In this document: piece by piece, positions 9,921 to 19,714 of the stretch
Layout of the letters: each line of letters begins with the position of its first letter
Position numbering within the stretch: the first letter of the stretch is position 1
Sequence record: NC_135728.1
DNA: 64,000 nt
DNA from: a phage
Direction: 5' to 3' (one strand)
The notes under the pieces: generated by a model
What the model saw: only the letters and a program-made list of their open reading frames with translations
The model's database searches: none
What the model was told of the DNA's origin: nothing
Program-made: the position numbers and the translations under genes

Positions 9921-12232
9921 TCACCAAGGTAATTAAAAGCAACGGATGTGAAGTGGCATTCGATCCAGAACGTTTAAATAAGGCAGCTATTTTCGGTGAC
10001 GACGGTAACGGCAATTGGTCACACATTGCACTGGATGCATACAAACGACTGTATGATGGATGTACGACCAAAGAAGTTAACCAAGCTATCATAGACTCCT
10101 GTGTTAGCCGTAAAGACGAAGCACATTCCCGTATGGCTGGTCGTGTTCTTATTGGTCAGATTTATAAAGAGGCTTTTGGAGGGTTTACAAAGATCCCTTC
10201 ATTACCATCATTTTACAATACCATGGTTGAGAAAGGGTATTGGGAGGATATGGGTTATAGCTTTACCGAGCTAAATACTTTAGGCGCTGTTATTGACCAC
10301 AGTAAAGATCTCGGTTACGGCTATGCAGTCCTTAAACAGTTTCGCGACAAATACGGGATCAAGGATACTCTTAAAGACACCCTGTTTGAATCTCCCCAGA
10401 TGATGTTTATGGGGATAGCAATGGCTGTCATGAAGAATATGCCGAAAGAACGTCGTATCAACGATGTTGTAAAATTATACACTTATCTGTCCGACTTAAA
10501 GATCAATGCCCCGACACCGTACTTAAACGGGCTGCGCACAGGTAAGACAGGGTATGCATCTTGTTGTGTAATAAAAGCTGACGATACAGCAAAATCTATT
10601 GGTGTGGCACGTGAAGTTGCGTACACTATGACGGTTAACCAAGCAGGTATCGGCTACTATTTATCATCAAGATCTGCAGGCGATGGTGTTCGTGGTAACA
10701 CTATTAAACACATGGGTAAGATTCCATATTATCGAGGTATTGATGCTGGGGTTAAGGAGAACAGACAACAATCACGTGGCGGTTCTGCAACAGTATCATT
10801 CCTTGCACTGGATCCGCAGATTGATGAGCTAATCCGTTTGAGAAACCCTATGACTGTTGCTTCAAAAAGAATCAACACCATGGACTACTCTATAGGTATT
10901 AACAGGTCGTTTATCAACCGTGTGGCTAAGAATTTAGATTGGATGCTTGTTTCTTATAAGCACGCGCCTCAACTGCATGAGGGTATCTTCACCATGTCTA
11001 TGGAGGAGTTTGATGCAGAGGTTGATCGTATCGCTAAAGATGACAGTATTCCTAAAACATGGATCCGAGCTAGAGATCTTGCTGTTGAGCTGATCACGCA
11101 GCGTACTGAGGTGGGAAGACTGTACGTATACTGGACAGATGAGATGAATAGACATACACCTTTTAAAGATGTGATCTATTCAAGTAACCTGTGTGCAGAA
11201 ATAGCCCTCCCGACAAAAGGCTATTCAGATATGCGTAATATCTTCAAGTACGATGCTGATGATGGCGAGGTTGCATTGTGCTTCCTGTCATCTCTTGTAG
11301 CTGGAAGGGTTACCCCAGAGGAGTATGAGGATGTTGCATATTACACGGTGCTTATGATTGACAATGTTATGGAAATCATGACATATCCGTATGAAAATAT
11401 GGAGAGCACTGTTAAAAAACGCAGATCCATCGGGGTTGGCCTTACCAACGTTGCACATTTTATTGCCAGCCATAAGGTTACTTACGGATCTCCTGAAAGT
11501 AAACAGCTTGTTCACGATCTTGCAGAACTTCACAGCTACAGCTTGCATAAGGCAAGTTTACGGTTGGCAAAAGAGCGTGGTGTCTGCGAGTGGATGCATA
11601 AAACAAAATATCCAGAAGGTTGGTTACCAATCGACACCTATAACAAAGAGGTCGATAGCGTGGTGAAAGATCCTTCTCTTAAACAGGATTGGGAAGGGTT
11701 ACGTAAAGAAATCATTGAAAATGGTGGGCTACGTAATAGCGTTCTTGAAGCATATATGCCTAATGAAAGCTCTTCGCTGGCAACAAACACCACTAACGGG
11801 GTTTATCCTGTCCGTGAGCACATTATCTTTAAAAAATCGCCACAAGGGCAGGTGCTGTTTATCGTTCCTGAATACGATGAGCTGAAAGAGTATTACACTT
11901 CGGCTTGGGACGTTGATACTAACGACATGATCGATATGTATGCTGTGATTCAAAAATTCACAGGCCAGGCAATCAGCGCGGATTTATACATAGACTACAC
12001 CAAGTTGAAAGATGGTAAAATTTCAATGAAGGAGCAGCTAGGGTACCTTATCCGTGCCACTAAATTCGGGATGAAGACATGGTATTATTTAAACTCCAGG
12101 GTTGGTGCTGGTGACTCCTTGGCAGAGGAACTTCATGCCAAGAAACAAGCTGAAGATGAAACCAGAAAGAACTATCCTTTGATTGCAGATAGTTCAGTTG
12201 AAGATCCGTATTGCGAAAGCTGTGCATTGTAA
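9917..12232 (+). CDS. nrdA: ribonucleotide reductase class Ia large subunit
   Basis: 771 aa; N-terminal ATP-cone (VIKSNGCEVAFDPERLNKA); catalytic NLCAEIALPT; TTG start after ggagg RBS; followed by nrdB. Confidence 0.9.
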   Translation: MITKVIKSNGCEVAFDPERLNKAAIFGDDGNGNWSHIALDAYKRLYDGCTTKEVNQAIIDSCVSRKDEAHSRMAGRVLIGQIYKEAFGGFTKIPSLPSFYNTMVEKGYWEDMGYSFTELNTLGAVIDHSKDLGYGYAVLKQFRDKYGIKDTLKDTLFESPQMMFMGIAMAVMKNMPKERRINDVVKLYTYLSDLKINAPTPYLNGLRTGKTGYASCCVIKADDTAKSIGVAREVAYTMTVNQAGIGYYLSSRSAGDGVRGNTIKHMGKIPYYRGIDAGVKENRQQSRGGSATVSFLALDPQIDELIRLRNPMTVASKRINTMDYSIGINRSFINRVAKNLDWMLVSYKHAPQLHEGIFTMSMEEFDAEVDRIAKDDSIPKTWIRARDLAVELITQRTEVGRLYVYWTDEMNRHTPFKDVIYSSNLCAEIALPTKGYSDMRNIFKYDADDGEVALCFLSSLVAGRVTPEEYEDVAYYTVLMIDNVMEIMTYPYENMESTVKKRRSIGVGLTNVAHFIASHKVTYGSPESKQLVHDLAELHSYSLHKASLRLAKERGVCEWMHKTKYPEGWLPIDTYNKEVDSVVKDPSLKQDWEGLRKEIIENGGLRNSVLEAYMPNESSSLATNTTNGVYPVREHIIFKKSPQGQVLFIVPEYDELKEYYTSAWDVDTNDMIDMYAVIQKFTGQAISADLYIDYTKLKDGKISMKEQLGYLIRATKFGMKTWYYLNSRVGAGDSLAEELHAKKQAEDETRKNYPLIADSSVEDPYCESCAL

Positions 12233-12238
12233 TTTTAA

Positions 12239-12254
12239 AGGGGCTTCGGCCCCT
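12239..12254 (+). other. intercistronic stem-loop between nrdA and nrdB
   Basis: GGGGC-TTCG-GCCCC tetraloop hairpin between nrdA stop and nrdB RBS; no strong U-tract. Confidence 0.4.
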
Positions 12255-12271
12255 GTCTTAGAGGTAGAATA

Positions 12272-13360
12272 ATGGCTGTATTTAATGCTGAGAACACTGC
12301 TCATAAAACTGGTGACTATCCGCTGTTTTTAGGACAGCAAATGGGTATGTACGACTCTATTAACAAAAAATATCCACAACTGTTCGAACTGTACAAAAAA
12401 CAAAAAGAACAAGACTGGGCAGAGGATGAAGTGGATTTGTCGCAATCTATTTCAGATTTTGTAACATGCTCCAAGTCAACTTATGACGTGATGGTGCAGA
12501 CCTTGATGTGGCAATGGGAGGCTGATAGCGTTGCGGCAAGATCGATCATCTGCCTCTTTTCACCATTCATCACTAATAGTGAGCTTTTCACTCTATTGAT
12601 GAAACAGTCAGAGATTGAAGTTCTTCACGCACTAACCTACTCAGAGATTGTTAGACAATGCCTTCCTAATGCTCGGGAGATTATAGAAGAGATTCAGGAA
12701 AACCAGAACGTACTGAGCAGATCTGGAGTTATTGTCAAATACATGCAAGAGCTTGAGGTTATTGGTGCAAAATATCGACTGGATCCTTTTAGTGTTGAAG
12801 AAGATACTGTGCGGAAATGCATTCTTAGAGCGCTTTTTGCACTTTTAGCTCTAGAAAGTATTGAGTTTATTGCAAGTTTTGCATGCACTTTCGCAGTAGC
12901 TGAACAGGGTATTTTTGTTCAGGTGGCACAGCTTGTTCAAAAAATCATGCTTGACGAAATGCTACATTCGAAAGGTGATTTTGCCATCATTGATATCCTG
13001 CTTAATGATCCAGCATGGGAGAAAAGCTTCCTTGAGATAAAGGGAGAGTTAAAAGAGATTCTTGATGAAGTACGGACCAAGGAGTACGGTTGGAGTGACT
13101 ATATTTTCAGCGAAGGAAGAGCGATTATAGGTCTTAACTCACCGTTGCTTAAAGAATGGGTTGACTATAACTGCTCACCGATTTATGATTACTACGACAT
13201 CGACAAAGACTTTGTGCCGCCAACAAAGGACCCGCTACCGTTTATGCAGGTGTGGATGAAACCTTCATTGCAACAGACGGCTAACCAGGAAATGTCGAAC
13301 ACCGACTACCGAGTCAACACAACTGTTAACGACGCTGAAGAAGAAATTTGGGAGTTTTAA
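12272..13360 (+). CDS. nrdB: ribonucleotide reductase class Ia small subunit
   Basis: 362 aa directly downstream of nrdA; ferritin-like length and motif spacing (ESIEFIASFACTF..., DEMLH). Confidence 0.8.
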   Translation: MAVFNAENTAHKTGDYPLFLGQQMGMYDSINKKYPQLFELYKKQKEQDWAEDEVDLSQSISDFVTCSKSTYDVMVQTLMWQWEADSVAARSIICLFSPFITNSELFTLLMKQSEIEVLHALTYSEIVRQCLPNAREIIEEIQENQNVLSRSGVIVKYMQELEVIGAKYRLDPFSVEEDTVRKCILRALFALLALESIEFIASFACTFAVAEQGIFVQVAQLVQKIMLDEMLHSKGDFAIIDILLNDPAWEKSFLEIKGELKEILDEVRTKEYGWSDYIFSEGRAIIGLNSPLLKEWVDYNCSPIYDYYDIDKDFVPPTKDPLPFMQVWMKPSLQQTANQEMSNTDYRVNTTVNDAEEEIWEF

Positions 13361-13363
13361 TAT

Positions 13364-13642
13364 ATGAGCTGTGAAAAATCTTTTTTCTTTATTATTTACG
13401 GTAAAGATAACTGCCCACATTGTGTAAGAGCAAAAGAATTTGCAGTCAGTAAAGGTCTGCCTTTTGTATATAAGACACTTGGAGAGGGATACACAAAAGA
13501 AGAGCTTATTGAGAAGTGTAGTCCAATCGTCCCAAGAACGTTACCGCAGATCTTCTTAGAAAGCGATCTTGATAGTGTCCATGTAGGTGGTGCCGACGAT
13601 TTCATCTCTTTTGTTAAGAATGATTTTGGAGAGAAAAAGTGA
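13364..13642 (+). CDS. glutaredoxin/NrdH-like redoxin
   Basis: 92 aa with CPHC active site in thioredoxin-fold context (IIYGKDNCPHCVRAKEF) between RNR genes. Confidence 0.65.
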   Translation: MSCEKSFFFIIYGKDNCPHCVRAKEFAVSKGLPFVYKTLGEGYTKEELIEKCSPIVPRTLPQIFLESDLDSVHVGGADDFISFVKNDFGEKK

Positions 13643-15762
13643 AAGTTGTAAAACGGGACGGTAGAGAAGAGGTCTATAACGGAATTAAGGTGATCAAGGC
13701 GGCAGAGTCCGCCTTACTTGAGTCTGGACATACTGAAGAAGAAGCTTACCGGATCGCCTGCGCGGTTAATGAAGTTGTTGCTAACAATCTACCAACCGAC
13801 CAGTGCACGATCTCTGTAAAAAATATCCATATCCTTGTTGAAGACGCTCTTATGGATATGGGTTTAAAATGTGCAGCCAGAGAATACATCCAGTATAGGC
13901 AGACAAGAGATAATAACAGAGAGGCAGGTGGAAAACTGCTTGCAGATATTAGTGGCTTCTTGGATCGCACTTGTGATGAATTTACAAAAGAAAACGCAAA
14001 TAAGCCTACCAACCATGTACACACTCATCGTGACCTGCTTGCAGGCATCCTTAGCAAACACCTTGCATCAACACAGATCCTGCCAGACCGTGTCTCCGAA
14101 GAGCACAATAAAGGCTTCATCCATGTGCATGATCTTGATTATTTGATCAGTCCGTTAACAAACTGTTGTTTGGTAAATTATCCAGATATGCTGGAAAACG
14201 GATTCAACATTGGTAACGCCCATGTCAGTAAGCCGAAGTCAATAGGGGTTGCAACAACAATCCTTAGCCAAATCTCTAGTGCGGTAGCTAGTGCTCAATA
14301 TGGCGGTCAGACTATGAGCCATATTGATCATTATCTGGCACAGTATGCTGAAGCAACCTATGAGAAGAACCTTAAATTTTGCCAGGAACATTGGTTGCCA
14401 GATGCTGAGACTGTTGCAATGCAAATGACAGATAAAGACGTATTTGACAGCATGCAGACTTTGCTCTATCAAATCAATACGTTAACTTCTGTCAACGGGC
14501 AAACTCCATTCATTACATTAAGTTTGGGTCTGGACACCTCAGTATTTGGTAGAATGATTACCAAAAACTACTTGAAAGTCCACAAAATGGGTCTTGGTGA
14601 AGAACGTATCACACCTGTGTTCCCTAAAGTGCTGTTCTTCCTAGAAGAGGGTGTCAACATGAACCCTGGAGATCCTAACTATGATTTGAAACGATTAGCT
14701 CTGGAATGCTCTGCAGAGCGGATTTATCCTGACTTTGTTTCTGTTCCACTAAATCGTAAAGTGACAGGCTCGACAGATGGCAAAGTAACGAGCATGGGTT
14801 GCCGGAGTTTTCTTAGCAAATACAATGACTTGGAAACAGGTGAGGAGAAATACCTCGGCAGATTCAATTTGGGTGTTGTTAGTCTTAACCTACCAATGAT
14901 TGCGGCAAAAGCTAAGACGGAAGGTGTTGATTTCTTTGCCGTTCTTGACGAATACCTGGATCTTGCATACGAGGCTCACCTTGTAAGGGTTAACCGTCTA
15001 AAAGGAACAAAGGCAGGGCAGAACCCTATCATGTGGTGTGAAGGTGCTCTTGCTCGCCTGGATCCTGAAGAGAGTATTGATAAACTCTTCTATGACGGGT
15101 ACGCTTCCATCAGTATTGGGTATATTGGTGTGTATGAAACCTGTCAGATTTTGGGCAGGGAGGGTGACAAGGCTTTAGCTCTTGGAATACTTCAGCACAT
15201 GAGAGATGCTTGCGAGCGATACAAGAAGGAAAGTAGACTAGCGTTTAGCTTGTACGGCACCCCTTCTGAGAGTCTATGCTATAAAGCTGCAACCTGTCTG
15301 GATCGTGAATATCCTGAAGTGTTGAAGCACGAGCATGAATATCTCACCAACAGTTTCCATCAGCCAGTGTGGATCAATAGCTCTCCTTTTGATAAGTGGG
15401 AATATGAGGAAGGTTTTGCTATGATCTCCTCTGGTGGCAACATCGGGTACGTAGAGACACCAAATCTGAAAAACAACTTAGATGCTTTAGAGGCTCTTGT
15501 TGACTTCGGGTATAAACACATTATGTATTTTGGTATTAACCAACCTGTGGATAAATGTCTCAAGTGTGGTTTCTCTGGTGAGTTCAGTGCAACAGCTAAA
15601 GGCTTTGTATGCCCAGAGTGTGGAAACCATGAAGAGGGAACGATCAGTGTGATCAGACGTGTATCCGGGTACCTGTCTAGTCCAAACTCCCGTCCTTACA
15701 ATAAAGGTAAGCAAGCGGAAGTTATCGAGCGGGTTAAGCACTATGGAAGTTGTAGTTGCTGA
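13639..15762 (+). CDS. nrdD: anaerobic ribonucleotide reductase class III
   Basis: 707 aa; ATP-cone N-terminus; C-terminal zinc ribbon CLKCG...CPECG and glycyl-radical motif RRVSGYL; GTG start. Confidence 0.9.
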   Translation: MKVVKRDGREEVYNGIKVIKAAESALLESGHTEEEAYRIACAVNEVVANNLPTDQCTISVKNIHILVEDALMDMGLKCAAREYIQYRQTRDNNREAGGKLLADISGFLDRTCDEFTKENANKPTNHVHTHRDLLAGILSKHLASTQILPDRVSEEHNKGFIHVHDLDYLISPLTNCCLVNYPDMLENGFNIGNAHVSKPKSIGVATTILSQISSAVASAQYGGQTMSHIDHYLAQYAEATYEKNLKFCQEHWLPDAETVAMQMTDKDVFDSMQTLLYQINTLTSVNGQTPFITLSLGLDTSVFGRMITKNYLKVHKMGLGEERITPVFPKVLFFLEEGVNMNPGDPNYDLKRLALECSAERIYPDFVSVPLNRKVTGSTDGKVTSMGCRSFLSKYNDLETGEEKYLGRFNLGVVSLNLPMIAAKAKTEGVDFFAVLDEYLDLAYEAHLVRVNRLKGTKAGQNPIMWCEGALARLDPEESIDKLFYDGYASISIGYIGVYETCQILGREGDKALALGILQHMRDACERYKKESRLAFSLYGTPSESLCYKAATCLDREYPEVLKHEHEYLTNSFHQPVWINSSPFDKWEYEEGFAMISSGGNIGYVETPNLKNNLDALEALVDFGYKHIMYFGINQPVDKCLKCGFSGEFSATAKGFVCPECGNHEEGTISVIRRVSGYLSSPNSRPYNKGKQAEVIERVKHYGSCSC

Positions 15763-15765
15763 TAC

Positions 15766-15795
15766 TTGACAAAAGCCACAAGGATGTGGCATATT
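15766..15795 (+). promoter_or_regulatory. promoter with palindromic operator in spacer
   Basis: TTGACA then spacer containing palindrome GCCACAAGGATGTGGC then CATATT; precedes small ORF at 15826. Confidence 0.4.
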
Positions 15796-15825
15796 ATTGA
15801 CACACAGTGAGCTAGGAGGTACAGT

Positions 15826-15942
15826 ATGTCTAAAGGTATTTATAAAATTTGCAAGTGTGGTTGTCGTTGCAATCTTCGTTGGTGCAAGGCACTTGATGAT
15901 TTTATTTGGCATTGCCCTGAATGCGATGCGGAGTACTTATAA
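15826..15942 (+). CDS. small zinc-ribbon protein (38 aa)
   Basis: Below ORF-track cutoff; ATG after aggagg RBS; translation MSKGIYKICKCGCRCNLRWCKALDDFIWHCPECDAEYL carries paired Cys motifs. Confidence 0.35.
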   Translation: MSKGIYKICKCGCRCNLRWCKALDDFIWHCPECDAEYL

Positions 15943-16093
15943 GCATAAGGGGTCGAAATGCGGAAATCTATCAAGAAAATCAAGATAAGATTGTTGGTAC
16001 TGAAGCGTAAGTATAAAAAGTTATACGGCTTCATTAAATGGACTTTTATAGGTTTATCTTGAATAGAAGCACACCACAGAAGAGAGGTTCCTT

Positions 16094-16330
16094 ATGATAG
16101 GTGTCTGTGTAAAAGCTAACAGATGGTTTACATTCGGTAAGGATTACGAAATTATCTTTCATTCGGACAGAGCCACAACAGTAGAAAGCGATGATGGGTG
16201 CTACTGGTTCGTTAGTTACCATGGTGATGGGTATTATAGATCTACTGATTCCAGAGGGGAAGAAGCTGTTTTCTTAGATAGAGCTTATTGTGGGCCTGAA
16301 TATCCCTACCTCAAAGAGGATAAGGAATGA
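16094..16330 (+). CDS. hypothetical protein
   Basis: 78-aa ORF, stop overlaps nrdG start. Confidence 0.4.
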   Translation: MIGVCVKANRWFTFGKDYEIIFHSDRATTVESDDGCYWFVSYHGDGYYRSTDSRGEEAVFLDRAYCGPEYPYLKEDKE

Positions 16331-16800
16331 ATGTTGTTAATATTATAGAGTGTAGCATGGTTGACGGCCCAGGCATTAGGACAACGGTGTTCTGTTCTGG
16401 TTGCCCACATCACTGTGTCGGTTGCCAAAACAAAAGTGTTTGGTCACCAGCTAAAGGTGAACCGTTAACAAATGACACTATTGAGAGTATACTTCACTCT
16501 ATAGAGCCGAAACATATTACTGGCGTTACATTATGCGGTGGCGAACCTTTAGCGCCTTACAATATCGATGGTATGTACTCGATCATTCGCGCTATCCGTG
16601 AACGCTTCGGCAACACAAAAACTATCTGGGTGTACACAGGGTATTTGTTTGAAGAGGTTCCCGATCACATTAAAGATAGTGTCGATTACATTATGGATGG
16701 TAAGTACGAAAAAGATAACCCTACCAAAAAAACCTTCAGAGGTAGTGATAACCAAAGAATGTTTAAAAAGGTAGCAGGCGGTTGGGTTCAGGTTGACTAA
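16327..16800 (+). CDS. nrdG: anaerobic RNR activating enzyme (radical SAM)
   Basis: 157 aa; Cys cluster CSGCPHHCVGC near N-terminus; follows nrdD. Confidence 0.8.
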   Translation: MNVVNIIECSMVDGPGIRTTVFCSGCPHHCVGCQNKSVWSPAKGEPLTNDTIESILHSIEPKHITGVTLCGGEPLAPYNIDGMYSIIRAIRERFGNTKTIWVYTGYLFEEVPDHIKDSVDYIMDGKYEKDNPTKKTFRGSDNQRMFKKVAGGWVQVD

Positions 16801-16803
16801 TTG

Positions 16804-16833
16804 TTGACAAAGCTTTGTTAAGTTGGTTATAAT
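16804..16833 (+). promoter_or_regulatory. sigma70-like promoter TTGACA-N18-TATAAT
   Basis: Perfect -35 and -10 hexamers read directly; followed by aggagg RBS. Confidence 0.55.
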
Positions 16834-16856
16834 TAGGAAAGCAGAGGAGGTGCCAA

Positions 16857-16970
16857 ATGGCTAAAAAAGCCTTGAAGAAGGCGTACAAAAAAGAAATTGC
16901 GCTTGAGCTTAAGAAAAAACACAAGCGTGAAAAGAAACATCATGAGGATGAAGAGGGGGTGCAACAGTGA
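16857..16970 (+). CDS. small highly basic protein (37 aa)
   Basis: Below ORF-track cutoff; ATG after gaggagg RBS and consensus promoter; translation MAKKALKKAYKKEIALELKKKHKREKKHHEDEEGVQQ. Confidence 0.3.
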   Translation: MAKKALKKAYKKEIALELKKKHKREKKHHEDEEGVQQ

Positions 16971-17317
16971 CACAAGAACGTATCGATTTGGCTAATAAGT
17001 TTGTAGATCTCATTTTGCCACGGTTAGTTACTCAACATGCAGACGCTATTTCTACTAATCTTGATGGCTTACGCCTAATGCTGAATCGCACAGATGACCC
17101 TCGTATTCGGGCTGATTTAGAAGCCTCTGCCAACAAACTGGAAAAGTTCTTGCAAGTAGACACGCAAGAAGCCTTACACAAGATTATGGTGGAAGGTTTC
17201 TCTAAAGAATTTACCATTAAAGAGCTTAAGGAGCTGATCCACCAAGAAGAGATGAATATCCGAGTTCAGGCTGTTGCAAGCAGCATGGAAGCGGCTATTG
17301 AAAAACTGTTGCAGTAA
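16967..17317 (+). CDS. hypothetical protein
   Basis: 116-aa ORF, GTG start overlapping upstream stop. Confidence 0.4.
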   Translation: MTQERIDLANKFVDLILPRLVTQHADAISTNLDGLRLMLNRTDDPRIRADLEASANKLEKFLQVDTQEALHKIMVEGFSKEFTIKELKELIHQEEMNIRVQAVASSMEAAIEKLLQ

Positions 17318-17355
17318 AAGTACTTGACACATCTCAATCTGAAAGGAGTCCCAAC

Positions 17356-18144
17356 ATGGGTCGAGCTAAAGAAACAAAACGCATGCGTGATGAAGCTAGA
17401 GAGGCTCGCAAATCTGATCGCCTGCGTAAGGCTGCTGAGAAATTTGCTGACGAACGAGAGCACACAGCTCCAGCTCTCCGACCAATGAATAAAAAGCAGC
17501 AAAAGTATCTTGATTATCTAGGGTCACGTAAGATTATTATTGTAAACGGTGTGTTTGGATCCGGTAAGACATTCATGGCATCTGCATATGCAGGTGATCT
17601 TCTGCGTAAGAACGAGATTGATAAGATCATTGTTGCACGTCCTTACGTTCAGACAGGAAAGACTTCAGGATTTAAACCTGGAAATGCAATGCAGAAACTG
17701 TGGCCCTATCTTAGAAGCATGATGGACACGATTTGTCGTCGTGTTGGCAAAGGTGCTTTTGCCGCAATGCTGGGAGACGGTCAGAACAGCCGTATCGAGA
17801 TTTGTGAGGTTGAAAGCATTCGTGGTCGTAGTTTCGATGAGCGATGCTTTGTCCTGATTGACGAGGCACAGCAAACTAACCCTGAAGAAATGTTGTCAAT
17901 TATCACAAGGATCTCTGATCAGGCCACTCTTGTAATTATGGGAGATAATAGTCAACGTGACATCCCTGGTAAATCTGGCCTTGCATGGGTGACAGATTTC
18001 TTTACTCGTCATCCAGATCCTGAGGTTGGAATGATCAGCTTTGATAGTCCAGACGATGTCGTTCGTTCCGGGTTGGGTCGTCAGATTGCACTCAATCTTA
18101 TTGAGGATCGTGCAAATCATATTTGGACCCCTGTTTCCGAGTAA
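17356..18144 (+). CDS. phoH: PhoH-like ATPase
   Basis: Walker A GVFGSGKTF, Walker B-like VLIDEAQ, overall PhoH-like layout. Confidence 0.75.
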   Translation: MGRAKETKRMRDEAREARKSDRLRKAAEKFADEREHTAPALRPMNKKQQKYLDYLGSRKIIIVNGVFGSGKTFMASAYAGDLLRKNEIDKIIVARPYVQTGKTSGFKPGNAMQKLWPYLRSMMDTICRRVGKGAFAAMLGDGQNSRIEICEVESIRGRSFDERCFVLIDEAQQTNPEEMLSIITRISDQATLVIMGDNSQRDIPGKSGLAWVTDFFTRHPDPEVGMISFDSPDDVVRSGLGRQIALNLIEDRANHIWTPVSE

Positions 18145-18151
18145 CACAGAA

Positions 18152-18175
18152 GGGTGGTTATTCCACCCTTAGATA
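18152..18175 (+). terminator. rho-independent terminator-like hairpin
   Basis: GGGTGG-TTATT-CCACCC stem-loop then T-rich tail after phoH stop. Confidence 0.45.
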
Positions 18176-18187
18176 TCTAAAACAGTT

Positions 18188-18216
18188 GTTGACAAATAGG
18201 TAAGCTTTAGATATTA
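18188..18216 (+). promoter_or_regulatory. sigma70-like promoter TTGACA-N17-TATTAT
   Basis: Hexamers read directly; followed by RBS and ATG at 18243. Confidence 0.5.
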
Positions 18217-18242
18217 TTATCGGACAAGGAGAAGGAGATAGT

Positions 18243-18554
18243 ATGGCTACAGTACAAGAGAAACTGAATAAAATATACTGCCTGTTTGTCTATAACGGCG
18301 AGACAATTCTGGCATATAAAGGATCCAAGAATGTATGGATCAAGGACAGTGGTGGTAATATAATCAACTTAGCGTTGCTACGTGAGCGCCGACACAGATT
18401 CTTTATCGAGTCTCGGATTATTGAAAGCAGCACCTGCTACAGAACAGGCGATAAAGTAATTGTTGACAATGATACGTGGTATGTGGTAGACTGGCAATCA
18501 TTGAGCTGTGATGCTTCTGACAATCGTAAGTATTCTATAGTGATTGCTAAATAA
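18243..18554 (+). CDS. hypothetical protein
   Basis: 103-aa ORF downstream of promoter with aggaga RBS. Confidence 0.5.
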   Translation: MATVQEKLNKIYCLFVYNGETILAYKGSKNVWIKDSGGNIINLALLRERRHRFFIESRIIESSTCYRTGDKVIVDNDTWYVVDWQSLSCDASDNRKYSIVIAK

Positions 18555-18613
18555 AGGTAAATGTGAATCAGGTTTAATAAATAGCTTTCAACTTCCAATA
18601 TTAAGGATTTCTC

Positions 18614-19663
18614 ATGAATTTAACACCTCGCAGCACCATGGTACACGGCATGAAAGAAAAACAGAACGGTTTCGAACCTATGAGTAATAAAATGTTTGGT
18701 ATGCCAGGTGGTATTATGGAAACATACAGCTACCCAACACCAGTTGTTGACCACGTTCTTTATATCGACGATTTGGAAGACTTACAAGATCATATGTCTC
18801 GTCTACAGACGATCCGTATGGCTCAGCCGGAAGAAAGCATTCGGGTGATCATCAATAGCCCTGGGGGTTGCGTGCACATTGCAATGGCTTATCTGCAGGC
18901 ATTCCGTGAGTCTCAGGCAAGCGTTGTTGCACATGCTGAAGGGATGTGCTGCTCTGCGGGAACAATCTTATGGCTGGGTTGCAAAGAGCGCACTGTTGCT
19001 CCGGACACAGAGTTTATGTTCCACTACTACCAAGGTGGCACCTATGGTAACGGTGTGAACATGAATACCCAGATCAACTACTGGAAGAAACGTTTTGAAC
19101 GCCTGATCGAAAAATACTACGGTGGGGTGTTAACAGAAGATGAGATCGCATCCATCACAGCTGGCGGTGAAGTGTGGTTAGATGGAGAAGAGCTGGCATC
19201 TAGAACTGGTGCTATCATTCTGGACGATGAAAACATTCAGCGCATTCAGAATGGACAGAAACCGAAAAAGCTTTTGGCAAAAAGTGATGAAGAAGGTGTG
19301 CTAGGCGAAGCAGGCCTGCCAGAGATTCACCAATGCACATCTCTGGACGAGCTGGTTCATGCTGTTGAGTCTGCAAAAGCAAATGGTATGAAAGATGATG
19401 TTCACACTGTGTTCCTGAATCTGCAGATGGAAAGTGGCGAGACAGTCAGGATCGCCCTGGGTGAAATTACTTCAGAAGATCTGCAGCGATTCTCTGTCGT
19501 CGAACTTCAGGATATTCTGTCTCAATTGAAGACTACTCTGAACGGCGGTGAAGAGGTTAAGGTGAAAGACAAGACCCGCAAGCGTCTGATGGACAATATC
19601 ATTAAAACAGCAAAAGAGCTCAATGAAAAAATCCTGGGTTCAGGAATTGTCGAAGAAGCTTAA
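18614..19663 (+). CDS. ClpP-like serine protease-fold protein
   Basis: IINSPGGCVH, GMCCSAGT and MFHYYQGG resemble ClpP motifs (INSPGG, GxAAS, HQP) with substitutions; long acidic C-terminal extension. Confidence 0.45.
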   Translation: MNLTPRSTMVHGMKEKQNGFEPMSNKMFGMPGGIMETYSYPTPVVDHVLYIDDLEDLQDHMSRLQTIRMAQPEESIRVIINSPGGCVHIAMAYLQAFRESQASVVAHAEGMCCSAGTILWLGCKERTVAPDTEFMFHYYQGGTYGNGVNMNTQINYWKKRFERLIEKYYGGVLTEDEIASITAGGEVWLDGEELASRTGAIILDDENIQRIQNGQKPKKLLAKSDEEGVLGEAGLPEIHQCTSLDELVHAVESAKANGMKDDVHTVFLNLQMESGETVRIALGEITSEDLQRFSVVELQDILSQLKTTLNGGEEVKVKDKTRKRLMDNIIKTAKELNEKILGSGIVEEA

Positions 19664-19676
19664 ACATTAATTCTAA

Positions 19677-19700
19677 AGCCCTCTTCGGAGGGCTTTTATG
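19677..19700 (+). terminator. rho-independent terminator
   Basis: GCCCTC-TTCG-GAGGGC hairpin followed by TTTTAT. Confidence 0.55.
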
Positions 19701-19714
19701 ATCTGGAGATTTGC

